DNA from: Sphagnum compactum
Taxonomy: Eukaryota
Reading direction: 5' to 3'
Assembly (NCBI GenBank): GCA_965153455.1
Contig: OZ234493.1
Span: forward strand, 1,488,001 to 1,552,000
Length of the DNA stretch: 64,000 bases
In this document: positions 40,101-52,930 of the stretch, piece by piece
Numbering within the stretch: the stretch's first letter is position 1
Layout: each line of letters begins with the position of its first letter
The notes under the pieces: generated by a model
Database searches by the model: none
What the model saw: only the letters and a program-made list of their open reading frames with translations
What the model was told of the DNA's origin: nothing
Program-made: the position numbers and the translations under genes

Positions 40101-41807
40101 ATGAACTAAAGGCTGCCTAAACACAACCCGAGAGCCTCTTTTTATTTATCCATTTGACCATAGTTGGGACAACCTCGGTAGGCCTAGGAGTTAATTACCA
40201 TGTGAATTCTCATTGTGGAGAAAATTTGAAACAAGTTAATTAACCAATATTAAAACAAATCAACCCACTCACACCGTCAGGCACAAATGTATGAATGACT
40301 AATGGAATGCATGAATTGATGAATGGATAATTTGACCACACAAGTTTTCTATCATTGATGAAGTTTTGTAGGTACAAGCTCCACCCTGCCTGTTTGTGAC
40401 TGACTCCAATTGATGACCATGTCATTCATGTACTTGGGCTTGTTGATGACTTTCTGTGAAATACAACACATGAAAGGGTATAAAGACCACCAGCAAGACA
40501 GTTGGGTACAAGCCCAAAAGTCTTTCAAAGTACACTATTAAGTACTCTTAGGCTTCAGCTGTGCACTTCACTATATGGCACCAAGGACCTAAGAAAAGTT
40601 GAAGAATGAGCAATGCCCACTTTGCACTTTTACATTAGCATGGTAGTTTAGTACTCATTCTTCAACTTTGCAAAGCAAACTACCATGCTAAAGTAAAAGT
40701 CAAGGTAAAGCGATAACCTTACTTGGAGTAGATTTTGGAGTTGATATGAGTTGTTTTGCCAAATACTTTGATGTAAAACATGCTCTTTTGTTTTCCATCA
40801 CCTCCAAAAATATGTTCAAAACAAATGCAAAAAATCACAGAAGCTGATGATATGTACTTGGAAAATACAGAAGGACCAGTTTGTTGGCAGATTTTTTTAA
40901 AAGATAAAAGACTAGTAAGCATAGCATGGGATGGTGGAGAAAAGCAAAGCCTGACCTGACATAAATTGTTTCTTCTTGTTCACAGGTCAGGTCAGGCTGA
41001 TAGTTCACAATGTTGAACTGAAGAAGAGATAAACATGACATCTCTTAGACATAATATCCCTATTAGGTGTTCATTGCAAAATATTAGTGTTTTATTTTGT
41101 GTGTCTAGTTATTTGTTGTTGAAACCCAGTTCAATGTAAACAAGGTTTTAGTTTCTTTTTGGTGTTTGGGACTTTGTCCTCGTAGGTGTCCTTGAATCCT
41201 GATCTTCGGTTCATGTTATTATATGAGCAACTTTGTTAGTTCTTTACTGTTGAGCATCCATTTAGTAATGCATAACATCTCTCTTTGCTAACTCTAATGA
41301 ACCTACTTGTCAACAGACTCTCCATACTTAACCTAACACTATGGACAAACACCACCAAAATTTCCCCACCTACATTCCAACTCTCCAAACACCACCAAGG
41401 TGAGTCAAAAAATAAAAAATACTGTAACATACAATACTCACAGCTTTCAATAAACCAGAAAGATTGCCTACTATAATGGTAAGCAATCACTAACCATAAA
41501 CATATGATTTGCTTGATCCCGAACTAAAACATGGACCTGAAGCTGCAATCCAAACTAGATCCACCAAAGCTCCAATACCCATCCAACTCTTTCCAGCTTC
41601 TAACCAAACCTGCTTATTGTCGGAGCAGTGGAAAATGTCAGTGAACAATGTTAGTGTTCACCCTTACCCTGAATCCCAACCCTCAATTTGTCATTGTATG
41701 AATCCTATGAACAGGAATCCTATGAATGTCCAAAATTATGATTCTGATACAGACCAGGTGAGGCTTACAAGGAAGTAGATGAAGTGCTAAAGAAATGGAG
41801 CACCAGC

Positions 41808-42657
41808 CAGTGGTTGTTTTCTAGTGCAAAATTTTACACTATGACAAGTTTTAAAATTCAAAGTGCTAAAATTCACTGATTTTGAACTTTTTTGGTTGCT
41901 AAAATTTGAAATATTTTTCACAAAGAAATTAGCCTTTTTGTTTTCTAAATGAGGCAGTCAATATTGAAAAAGGATGCTTCTATTGTTGTAAATGAGGGAT
42001 ATTGTTTGCTCCAATTTGTTGGCCTTGCTTACCAAGGTAAGAATATTGTGTTTAGATTCATTATAGAGTATAGTAGCTTAAGAGATATTGGCCCCCTATG
42101 TTATAGGTTTATTTTTATATGAGGATTTTTGAACCATGATATTTTGGTTTGTGCTGGAACTTGAGATTAGTTACAGAGTTGTAATATCTTGAAGGATTTT
42201 GGTTTCTTTTAGCGGATCTTTTGAACATAATATTTGCATGGTGAAATATTTGACTTTTCATTAAAAAAATAATTAAAAAAACATGTATTTAATTAATTTT
42301 GGATTTAATTGTTAATTTTGAACTTTTTTAATTTGGTTGTTAAAATTAAGTTTTCTATTGAATTTGAGCCAAAACATTGAAAACATTTATTGTTAAAACA
42401 TTAATGAGACAAAACATTATTAATATATATTATTACATCACATGGTGATTGCCAAATCAAAGTTTCTCTTCAAATTTTTTATCTTCAAAATGATCACTTG
42501 TTAATTCTAAACTTGTCAAAAGTCCAAAATTAACTAAATACATGATCTAAGATACTTTTGATTGTAAATGGCAAGGCCACAGTGTGACAGACCCCTTGTT
42601 ATATAGGTAGATGATTGCCACTTAGTCTACATCACAAAGCTCAAAAAGTAAGCACTG
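41808..42657. mobile_element. hAT-type MITE (CAGTG...CACTG) carrying a nested Helitron-like insert (about 42010-42598)
   Basis: Termini cagtg/cactg with imperfect 8-bp TSD gcaccagc/ggaccagg; the insert is homologous to 12622-12968. Confidence 0.55.
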
Positions 42658-42739
42658 GGACCAGGAGAGCAAGCAACTAGATCAAGAAAGATGTGTACAA
42701 GGCATTATTAGGTAGCTTGTCAGACTTTTTCTTTTTTAA

Positions 42740-43225
42740 AACAACAACAACATGATGGTCCCAGTTAGATGGGTACCACTCTCTTTTGTTATATGCGGTC
42801 TCTTCTCTGAGGGTCAGATCAGGAAAGGATCCATTTAACGCCGAAAAACAACAACATGGTCCAAGTTAGATGGGTACACCCCTCTCTTGTTATATGTGGT
42901 CCCTTAGGACCAGATCGAGAAAGGAGCCATTTAACATCAAAAAACAACTACATGGTCCCAGCTAGATGGGTACACCCCTCTCTTACTATATACGGTCTCT
43001 TAGGACCAGATCAAGAAAGAGGCCGTTTCACACCCAAAAAACAACAGGGTCCCAGTTAGATAGATGGATACACCCCTCTTTTGTTATGTAGGGTCCCTTA
43101 GGGCCAGATTAAGGATCCATTTAATGCCCAAAAAACAACAACATGGTCCCAGTTGGAGGGGTAAACCCAACTTTTGTTATATAGAGTCTTTTAGGGCCAG
43201 ATCAAGAAGAAGCCATTTCACACCA
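42740..43225. repeat. Tandem repeat, 5 units of about 95-105 bp
   Basis: aaaacaacaacatggtcccagttagatgggtacacccctc..ttgttatat..gggccagatc..ccattt recurs at about 42740, 42846, 42940, 43036 and 43130. Confidence 0.9.
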
Positions 43226-43580
43226 AATTTACCCCTCTTTCTTTGGATATTCTTGGATTTTGTTTCAAGTGGTCTGGACTAAGAGGCCCTTAAGAAGGCT
43301 GCGTGTGCCCCCCTCTAACTACAACTGCGAGAAGGAATTGTGGGTGAGAACTAAAAAGCTTAAATTCCTGGACAGAGAAAATGAACACCAACCCTCATTC
43401 ATACGGTGCAAGATAGATGGTGTGTGGATAGGAAACACTTTTTCATTGTATTTGTGTCCCTTACCTAACCACAATGGTTAGCTTTCTACTAACTATCCAA
43501 ATGCATCTACCCATCTTCTAGCCACCAAGTGCCTCACCCACTTATACAACCACCAATTGCACTCCCTGCCTACTTACTTC

Positions 43581-44228
43581 CCTATGATACTTACCCACTT
43601 ACTTAGGGCAAGTTGGAAGTCACTTAGGTAGTGTGAAGGGGGGCGGGAGGAGGGGGGGAAAAGAAGTGTTAGTTAACCCTCCTAAACCCTAAACCTTGGC
43701 AACTCAATTGCGTTTCATCCAAAACTGAGTCATAACATTTGGGTTTCCAATGGATGATGTGCACTGGTGGGTACTAGGGTTTTTTATTCAAATTTCTTAA
43801 GTAGATCCACTGGTGAGGATCCCCTGCATTAAATGGCGACTGTCATGGGTGAGCTGTAGTTGCATTTTTACAAAAGTGCTGGTGGTACAATTGACAACCT
43901 TGGAAGTGCCTAGGTCTAGATGTGACTAATTTAATTTTTTACATTAAAAATTAATGACGAAAAATCCCAAAATTTTCTATTTTTTTCATTTTCACGCTGT
44001 AAAAATTTTGCTCAAAGGAAAACACCAGTGGGTACTAGGCTACTCATGTAATCCCAAAGATTCTAGGCAAAATATTGCCTCTTTACCTATGATACTTACT
44101 AGCGAGTTAAATAGGTAGTGTAAGAGGGGAAGCATGGGCATTGGGGGCTTTGTAGACCTACCCTGACAAACCCTCCTAAACCCTATACCTCGACAACTCA
44201 GGTGTGTTGCATCCAAAACTGAGTCATA
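43581..44228. repeat. Diverged direct repeats (43581-43735 and 44087-44228)
   Basis: Both run cctatgatacttac...taggtagtgt...ccctcctaaacccta...catccaaaactgagtcata. Confidence 0.75.
43775..44027. mobile_element. hAT-type MITE with perfect 8-bp TSD
   Basis: TSD gtgggtac at 43767-43774 and 44028-44035; imperfect termini tagggtttt/aaaacacca; interior related to 7095-7362. Confidence 0.7.
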
Positions 44229-44429
44229 GGTACTACAAATATCCAGAAAGTGGCTCTAACTGGGAACTTATGTGGCCAGTTTGGCCAAACTGGTGGCGAA
44301 ACCCAAATTTTGGGACAGCCAGTTTTGAACTACAATGAGAAAGGAGAATAAACTGAAAAACATTGTTAGAATTGGCTCAAACTAGTTTAGTACCCAATCC
44401 ATTCTTCTCACTTTGTTTGAAGATCAAAC

Positions 44430-44870
44430 TAGGTAGGTAATGTAAGTAAATAGGTAGCCTCGGTGGGTATGTAGGTGTGCAGGTAGGTAACCTCAATGGG
44501 TATATAGGTAGGTAGCATAAATAAGTAGGTAGCCTCAGTGGGTACATAAGTGTGTAGGTAAGTAGCCCAAATAAATAAGTAGCCTAGGTGGGTAACTTAG
44601 GCAAATGAGTTGGTCGGTAGCTTAAGTAAGTAGATAACTTCGGTCGGTCGACAAGTGATAACCTAAGTAGATGTATAGGGAACTTAGGTATGTATGTAGG
44701 TAAATAGGTAACTGAAATGAGTGTGTAATTTTAAAACTTAGGTATTTTGGTAAGTAGGTATGGAAGTGGGTAGGTAAGAAGGTGAGTAACCTAAATAGGT
44801 AAGTAATGTGGGTAGGTGGGTAAATTGGTAAGTGTGTAACTTAGGCAGTTGAATAGGTAGCCTAAGCAGG
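44430..44870. repeat. Degenerate (GGTA)n/(AGTA)n-rich low-complexity tract
   Basis: Dense taggtag/taagtag motifs; similar tracts at about 18830-18955, 24915-25050, 27750-27900 and 46655-46735. Confidence 0.8.
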
Positions 44871-47474
44871 TACATGGCTGGTGTGAAACAAGTGTTTACT
44901 TGGTATTGAGATTGGTATAAAATTAATACAAGCTTAGTATTACTTTTGGTCCCTACCAGTGTAATTCAATGATTTTCTCACCTTTATCAAGAATCTCCAG
45001 TTCCAGTTTTGGTTCCAAAAATTAAATTAGAATAGTTCTGGTTTCAGTTTCGCACATAAACGGTTTCACACATAAGCACAATCGAGAATCCAGTTCCAAG
45101 TGTGAGTGTTCAAAAACAAAATCAATCATAAAGAAGTGTTCAATCATAAGATAATGATCGATGATGGGCAGTTCTACCCTAGTTCTTCAGAAAAATAAAT
45201 TTCAGTTTTAGTTCTTAAAACCAGACCTGACTCCAATCCATTGACAATGAACCCCAGATTCTAAATTGAATTTTCGGAAACACATATACCTTACCCTAAG
45301 ATCAGTTTCATAATTAGATAGTCCTTAAAATAGTGAAATGAAATTTTGTGAAATATGAAATTGACACGTTGAAAATCAACATAATTATCATAGGCTACAT
45401 TCCGAATAATGTCACTACTCATATCACAATATTATGGTACATGATGGGAAAAAACATAATTCCAAATTTATTTATAAAATTCATTTTTTGAAAAAAAATA
45501 ATTATTCGTTTTGTCAATGTAGAAATTGACCCTAGGCTATGGTATGTCAGTTAAGGTTTAAGTCCCACACATAGAATAGGGCTGTGAACCTGGCTTCAGT
45601 TCCAGTTCTTGAGAAAGCAATAACCTGATTCCAGTTCTAATTCCAGTTCTTAAGAAACAAAATTGATTTTAGTTCAATTCTTACTAACTAAAACAAAGGA
45701 ATCTACTGCAGCAAATTAAGTACCTCTCATATCAATTGGATGAGGTGCCTCCCAAGTTGTATTTTATTTCATTTTTGCAACTAGCAATTTTGACGGGTCC
45801 ATCACTCCAAAAAATAAAATAAAATCCTATGGATGCTCCCCAAAATAGAAGGTTCTATTTTGACATAAAGAATTCCTCGCCTTTGGCCCAGCTATATTGG
45901 TGAAAGGAGGACAACATTTGCCAAAGCATTCGGGACAAAAGTGAGCTGCTATGGAGAACATGTTGAGGAACACAATGGGAATTTGAGGAACATATTGGGA
46001 ACCTGATGGGAACCAGGGAAAATGAAAATCCTCATTTTTTTCTTGCAATAATTTATTTTGGGAGAAATTTTTATAATCAAAATTTCAGCACCTTTTAAAT
46101 AATATTCTCTAGATTTATTATCTAGAGAATATGGCTTTAAGCAGCTCATTAAGTATGTATATAATTCAAAATATTATGATTTCAATACCCTTTCAAAAAA
46201 TAACATGAAAGGATACAATAACATATGTCTTTTCATGTCCATGTTATATAACAAAATAAAAATTGAGAATAACAAAAATAATGATGACCCATTGAAAACC
46301 AAATGGGAACATATGAGGAAAATAAAAAGGAGAGAGAGAGAGAGAGGATATCATTAAATCGATAAACCTCAATCTCCTTTTATCATTATTCCTCCCTTTT
46401 TCTCACATTTTCAAAATGAAACTTCAATTAGAATTTTAAATTTTATTTAACTATTAAAGTACATTCCATAAATCTAGACCTTTAATCTTCCCTGGTCATT
46501 CTATTGTTAATACAAAGCACAAGCATTTATTTATTTATTTATTTATTTCTTACATAATACATGGTGGGCACTGGGTGACCTAAATCCCAAATTTCTTCCA
46601 GCCCAAAATTTTCCTGCCGAGTGAATCATCCAAGGGAAGGCTACATGAAAGCTGGAAGGTAGGTAGGTAGGTGCTGGAAGGCAGGCAGGAAGGGAGGGAG
46701 GGAGGCAGGTAGGTTGGTAGGTAGGTAGGTAGGGTCCGATAGAGGGGAAGGAAAAGCGCACACATTTGTTGCTTGCAGTGAGCGTGGCGAGTACAAGAGC
46801 GTGGCCAAGTCGCGGAAATCGTCGAACGTCGTCAGAGTGCCTGTAACACAGATGATGATCAGTAGCAGCTGCTGATGCTGCTGCTGCTGCTGTCAGAAGT
46901 ACCGGGAAGTCGATCGGGTCGTGCAATTGCAGACGTAGTTGCAGCTGAGCTTGCAGATGAGCTGCGTGTAGCTTTTCTGTATAAATCAGGGTGTCTCGCA
47001 GAAGACTTTCATCATTCCATTTACCCTCTTTTCTTCTTTTCACCCTTTCCTTCCTGTTGTCTGCTCGCATCCTTTGCAGCAGCAACAGATCAGAAATTGC
47101 AAGTTCCTTCACAATTTCGTGAGAAGACTGAGTATTAAGTAGAGGAAGCTCCGGCTCATTCACGTCCTTTGCAGATCAAGAAGAAAAAAGTTTGCTTTTC
47201 TTCGTTATCTCCGTATGTGTTGAGTACTGAGCGGAGGAGAGAGAGCTTCTTCACACATTTGAGGAGCTGCTGAGGGAGCTTCCCTAGTACAATGCAGCTG
47301 GCTCAGTGTTTCTTCTTTCTCATTGTAAACTGAGGACCAGACAGACTCGGAATCACCAGCAGACGTACTCATCTTCTCTAGAGCTTCTCTTATGATCTGC
47401 ACCACTAGTGTCGCATAGTGTGTATCACTAGGGTGAAGAATCAGTCGTATATATTCAGTCAGTAGACTTTCGAA

Positions 47475-49491
47475 ATGAAGAGCGCGTCTTCCGGCCGGTC
47501 CAGCTGCTTCGTGATTCTCCATCTGCTGTTGGTTTCGTCGACATATCTATTGTCATCGTCACCTCAGTTGGTGCAATCGACAGCAAGAGCGGACTTTATC
47601 ACTAAGCACGAGAACAATGCCGTCGAGCTGGGCACCAAGAAATCGGCGATTGGCGCCGTGAGTACTATCGTGGTGCATCAAGGGGGCTTAGGGGATTACA
47701 AGACAGTGGGTGAAGCAATTGCTGCGATCCCGCAACACAATACAGCACCCATCACTGTGTACATCCGCGCGGGAGTCTACGAGTAAGAGAATAGAATTGC
47801 TGCAGTGTTGATTCTCACGACCCTTCTTCTCATGCACTTCTGTGAGAGAAGTAATCTGTGCAGCAGCTCGTAGCCGTGGATTGCGGCAAAAATGAGCTAG
47901 AAAACTTCTTCCCGATCATCTGTTGCAGCCGCCTAGTGCGAAGTCTGCTAATGAAAATTGTTCTGTAAGTCCATAGCTGCTGATCAGTAGTTGCTGCTGT
48001 TTTCTGCGGGTTTCAGGGAACAAGTTGTGATTCTAAAGACGCAAACGCATGTCACATTGGTAGGAGACGGTCGAGACGTGACGAAGATCACCTCAAAACA
48101 GACTGCAGGAGCCACTGGCACCACCTACACATCATCAACCTTCGGCATCAGTGCTCCATACTTCACTGCCAAGAACATAACTTTCGAGGTACCCAGGTCG
48201 TGCAGTTCCAGCTGCTGCTGTGGATTCATCAGTTCTCCTCATGTGCAAGCAAGCAGTGATCGCGGCCTGATCATCGATGTTGCAGATGACTCTCTCTAGC
48301 TAGCTAGATACGTCGATATTGAGAGCTCCAAGCTGTACGTTGCTGCTGCTGCTGCTGCTGCTGAATGCTGATTTGTTTGGACATGTGTTTGTTGCAGAAT
48401 GCTTCGCCGATTCCTGTCGATGGTGCTGTTCAACAGCAAGCTGTAGCACTGAGGACAACAGGCGACTTCAATGCCTTTTACGGTTGCGGGTTCTTGGGAG
48501 GTCAGGATACCTTGTACGATGACAGAGGTCGACACTACTTCAAAGACTGCTTCATCCAGGGCTCAGTAGACTTCATCTTCGGCGATGGCACGTCCTTGTA
48601 TGCGGTGAGAAGAAGATAGCTGGTTCCTTGAAGAAGCTGGTTCTTCCCGGAGCCGCCTGTAATATGCAGCTCCAGGAAGCTTAAACCCAGCTTCTTCGTT
48701 GATTTCTAGTCCGATGTTTGTGTATTCCTGTGGTAAGTAAGAATGGGTTTTGATCGGATTTATTCTCAGAATGTGTTTGATCGAGTTGTTCTCAGTATGA
48801 CAATCAAGCTGCCTGCCATGGATCTGTGCGTGCCTGCAGAATTGCCAGCTGAATGTGATTGCTACAGCCGGGGGCGGATCATTGACGGCGCAGAAAAGGA
48901 TGTCTGCCCAAGAGCAATCAGGGTACTCGTTTGTGAACTGCGTGGTGACGGGAACTGGACCTCCAGCTGTCTTATTGGGACGAGCATGGGGAGCTTACTC
49001 GCGCGTGGTTTTCTCCTACACTTATTTCGACAACATCATCGCACCACAGGGCTGGTTTGATTGGAACATTCCTGCAAGACAAAGGTAAGAGCTCAGAGTC
49101 TCCACAGGCTTGGGCTGTCTCCTGCACGTGTTCAGTGGATGATCTTCATCAACACTAGAACAACAACAAGAGCTGTAGAAGAGCTGTATTAGTCTGATCT
49201 AGTATTGGGTTAGAAGACATGTGTGGCGTCGACAAGCTAGCAAAGTCGTTCCCATGTTGCAGGCTGCGGCAGCAGCTATGATGCTGGATTCTGGCAGACA
49301 TGGAGATGATTTTATTGTGTGTTCTGGGAATGTGCAGTACGGTGTTCTATGCGCAATACAAGTGCACAGGTCCTGGAGCAAATGAGAATGGACGGGTTGC
49401 ATGGTCTCATGAACTCACTGACGCTGAAGCTGCTCCTTTCCTGTCCACCTCTTTCATCAACGGCAACTTGTGGGTTGACGCACAGGCCTAG
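47475..49491 (+). CDS. PME: Pectin methylesterase (pectinesterase, CE8), without PMEI pro-domain; 5 exons: 47475-47782, 48017-48188, 48398-48604, 48840-49084, 49338-49491
   Basis: GT-AG introns with in-frame joins. Canonical motifs [43 protein letters not shown] and YKCTGPGA, with an N-terminal hydrophobic signal peptide. Confidence 0.96.
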
Positions 49492-49869
49492 AAACACACA
49501 CCACAAAGTTGTTCATTTCAATCCTCCTTAGCTCATCCCCAGTTTTTCCCACAGCAAAGCTCACGAGATCAACTCCAGCTCATGGGGTCTTCTAAGTGGT
49601 AATAAAGCTGGGAGCTGGAAGGCATTGTAGCTAGCTGGTGGACCATCTGTCGACCATTCAAGAAACCGCACACAAAAGTTCTCAATTTCTCTCAACATTA
49701 AGATGCAGAAGAAGAGCTTGTCGAATTCGAGGTAGTCCCATGTCTGCAATCGTGGAACTCGTCCATGAAAGAGACACATCTACGAGTCCTTTCGTCGTGG
49801 TGGTCTCACCGCTCCCAATCGACCAGGGCTATCCAAACGCGTGAAGGCTTGGGTTCCAATCTAGACCCA

Positions 49870-49980
49870 AGATTTAGGGTTCAGGGTATTTTCAAAATTC
49901 AGAGTTTAGGGTTTAGGGTATTTCCAGAACTTAGATTTCTGGAGTATTTCCAGGGATTAGGGTATTTCCAGGGTTTAGAG
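49870..49980. repeat. Degenerate telomere-like (TTTAGGG) interstitial motifs
   Basis: tttagggt, tttagggtttagggt and ttagggt interspersed. Confidence 0.5.
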
Positions 49981-51639
49981 TTCGGTGTACTGGAGGATAT
50001 TGGAGAGTGTCAGTCACTCTTGGAGGTTGGAATGTGTGGTTAACTTAGGTCTTGGAGAATTTAATTATCTGTTGTGGAATTTAGACAGAAATTATGGGAG
50101 GCTGATGCATTAGTCTGTCTCTTCTTTGATGAACACTTAATTCCCTTTCTGCTCTTCTTCTTCATTCCTATTCAATAAACTTACATGTCTATCAATTCCA
50201 TCAGCTCATTGTTCAAGGGTGGGTTAAGTTCTGTTGTTGCCATCCAAGCTATGCTCACTGCCCGAGCCTATTTTGTTGCTTGCCTGATGAGAACTGAGAG
50301 ACACTTCCCTGGGCAGAACTTTCAAATATACGGGTCATTTCCCCCACTTCAAATCTACTAAACACCTTGATCTCACTCCAAGCTCGCCACACAACCCTAC
50401 CTCACCTAGTTGATTTGGGTTTGCCATTTTATGGTAGTCCAGGAGGAGAAGAAGAGCGGCCCAGGTGGAGGGGTATGGGTTTAGGGTTAGGGTATGGCAG
50501 ATATGGGATTAACCAGGAGGTACTTCAAGTAATTAGTTGGCAGTTTCTGCAGTGATTTTGTGAATCTCTCTGTCATCAGCAGCTAGGCTGGCTGACTACA
50601 ATGACCACTACCAACCAGAATGTGGATTCTTTCCTAGTACTAATAAGGAAACCAGACTAGGTATAATTAACTACTTATCAAGAATTCCTTGACAATTGTG
50701 GACTCCCAGTCTCCAACCAACGGCATTGGTAGTGACAACCCATCCAGGAGTACTATAAAGTGCATAGGAAAGTTGATAGTAGATCCTACAAGCGAGCTAG
50801 TACGAATTTTCAACCTCTACATTCTTCAAAATAGAAATGTGTTTCTTGCTTGCCATTTGAAGAGGCCCCTTGAAGAAGCTTTTCTTTTTCTTTTTTTCAT
50901 CTTAGCAAAAAGATAAAATATATATACAACAAGAATATGCTGTTTCAGATTATTTCACATTCAGATCAGATAGCTGAAGGGGCCATCATCCATAAGACAT
51001 TATAGCAAATCGGACTACCAAAAAAAAACCATGAAAGTAAACAAAAGTTAAGAATCCTTTTATGTTATTGGAACATAATACAAAAATCTGGCAATTTTTT
51101 AATTTAATTTTCTGAAATTTGGGGACTAGAAAAACCGAAAAACACTTGTTACTGCCATTTGGAAAATATTAAACAGGCCAATATATATTTGAATGCTACC
51201 AATATGAAAGGACTACCCCCCATCACCATGATGTCATCCTTCCCCTTGCCCTCATAACCTCCGGGCTCTCCGTTTCCCTCCCCACATAACAAGTCATCCG
51301 TTCATCAACATCAATTACACCAGCGTCACCTATTTTGCGTAACGAACCATCAACATCCCCATCCCCATGGTACTCTTATGCCATGCATGCCATACCACCA
51401 TGTCTTCTCGCTGTCATGACAACGGACCTTTTCGCTTTAGAGCATTGCCGTCATCCTTCGTCATTGCACATGTTTTTTGCGTTTTGTATCGCACAGGCTT
51501 GCAACATCCCCCTCCATCATTTCTCTACGTGCATGTGCCCATTGTCACATGCTCTTGCAACAGCTTTGGTTCTTCTCTGATGCCTTTGTCGTTGATCGAT
51601 TACATCAATACAATTGCTACAAGTGCTTCTACAACACCC

Positions 51640-52630
51640 TATCCAAGTGCATGCATTGCCCAATTCGAAGATCCTACATTGCTTGTAGTTTGCTTGTAGA
51701 AATTACATGTTATTAACTTCGTTGTAGAAATTACATGTAGAAGAAGTTATCTCTACTTAGCAAGCTGGATGCATGAATTATAGGTGGAAGTTCATTTTTC
51801 AGTCCCTTTCCGAAGCTGCCAAGTGCACAGTTTTGTTCAAATCTACATGGAGATGTTTTTTCCCTTCCTTCTTCATTGTTACCTTCATTAGTTTGGTCAA
51901 AGTCTTCAACATCTTGCATCTCCCAAAATGATCCGAATTCCCCCTTCTTGATTAGATAGATAGCAATTCCTTGATCGCATGTTTCTTACAAGTATTATTC
52001 TTTCATTTGATTTCAACTATGCTCAGTGACATTCTACAAAAGACCTAGCTCTTCTTAGTGATCCCTAAATTCGAAAAGGTATGCATTGTTCAGCAGTTTC
52101 CCTTGTAACATGTACATATTATTAAGTTTTCTTGTTTCCATGGTTTTTTTTTTGTTTCTTTTCCTTTGTAACCTACAACTCATTTCAAACAAAGCATTCA
52201 ATTAGATTGTAGTCCTAGGCTTTCCCTTATAACATGCATGCCCACAAATTGTCCCCATTTTGTGCTAACAATGTCTTTGTGGTGCCTCTGTAGATCAATT
52301 GAATCACATTGTGTAACCTAAAATTCATTTCAACAAGGTACTCATTCCAAGCAACCTCAATAAATCCTTTGTAACATGCCCACAAACAGTGTTTAATTCA
52401 CTATCTTGCCTAAATTGCCCTATTTTGTCAACTCAATCTTAATTGAAACATGACTTACTAAATGACTTTTTAATTCCAAGTAACATGTCCATGCCTTGTA
52501 ACAAGCCCCCCCTTACAATAGTTTACCTTGTGAGTCCTTTGATGGAACTTGTTTGATGGTGTTGTAACTAGGTCCACTTGCTCAAATAATACAATGATTC
52601 CAATTTCATGTAACATCTCACAACATACCC
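51640..52630. repeat. Left long inverted arm (pairs with about 63003-64000)
   Basis: 51640 tatccaagtgcatgcattgcccaattc.. is the reverse complement of the window end. Both arms translate MQDVEDF.Q.NEGNNEEGR.KTS on opposite strands. Confidence 0.93.
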
Positions 52631-52930
52631 CCAAAAGTTACAATTGTTGTGTCTTCAACTCACTATGAAGTTAGTGGTAACTCCACATGATGTACCTAGA
52701 AGTTACATGACAAAGGACCCATGTTCATTGATAAACATGTACACAAAATAGAAGTTAATGGTGCTTGTCTTAACACATGTTACAAGCGCATTCTAAAGCT
52801 TGTAATTGAACTAAACACATGACGTTTGCACCATGTAACACACCAAATACCTACAATGCCCACTCTTCATACATTTATCAATCACTTTCTAGAAAATCCC
52901 TATGACACTTTAAGCTCCAACCATTATTGT

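Noticed and set aside
42740-43225. CRISPR-like repeat-spacer pattern
   Set aside because: The whole unit is repeated; the intervening parts are homologous, not unique spacers.
46543-47522. Minus-strand ORFs of 206 aa and 105 aa upstream of PME
   Set aside because: Built partly from GGTA/GCT simple repeats with no recognisable domain; more likely the PME promoter/leader region.
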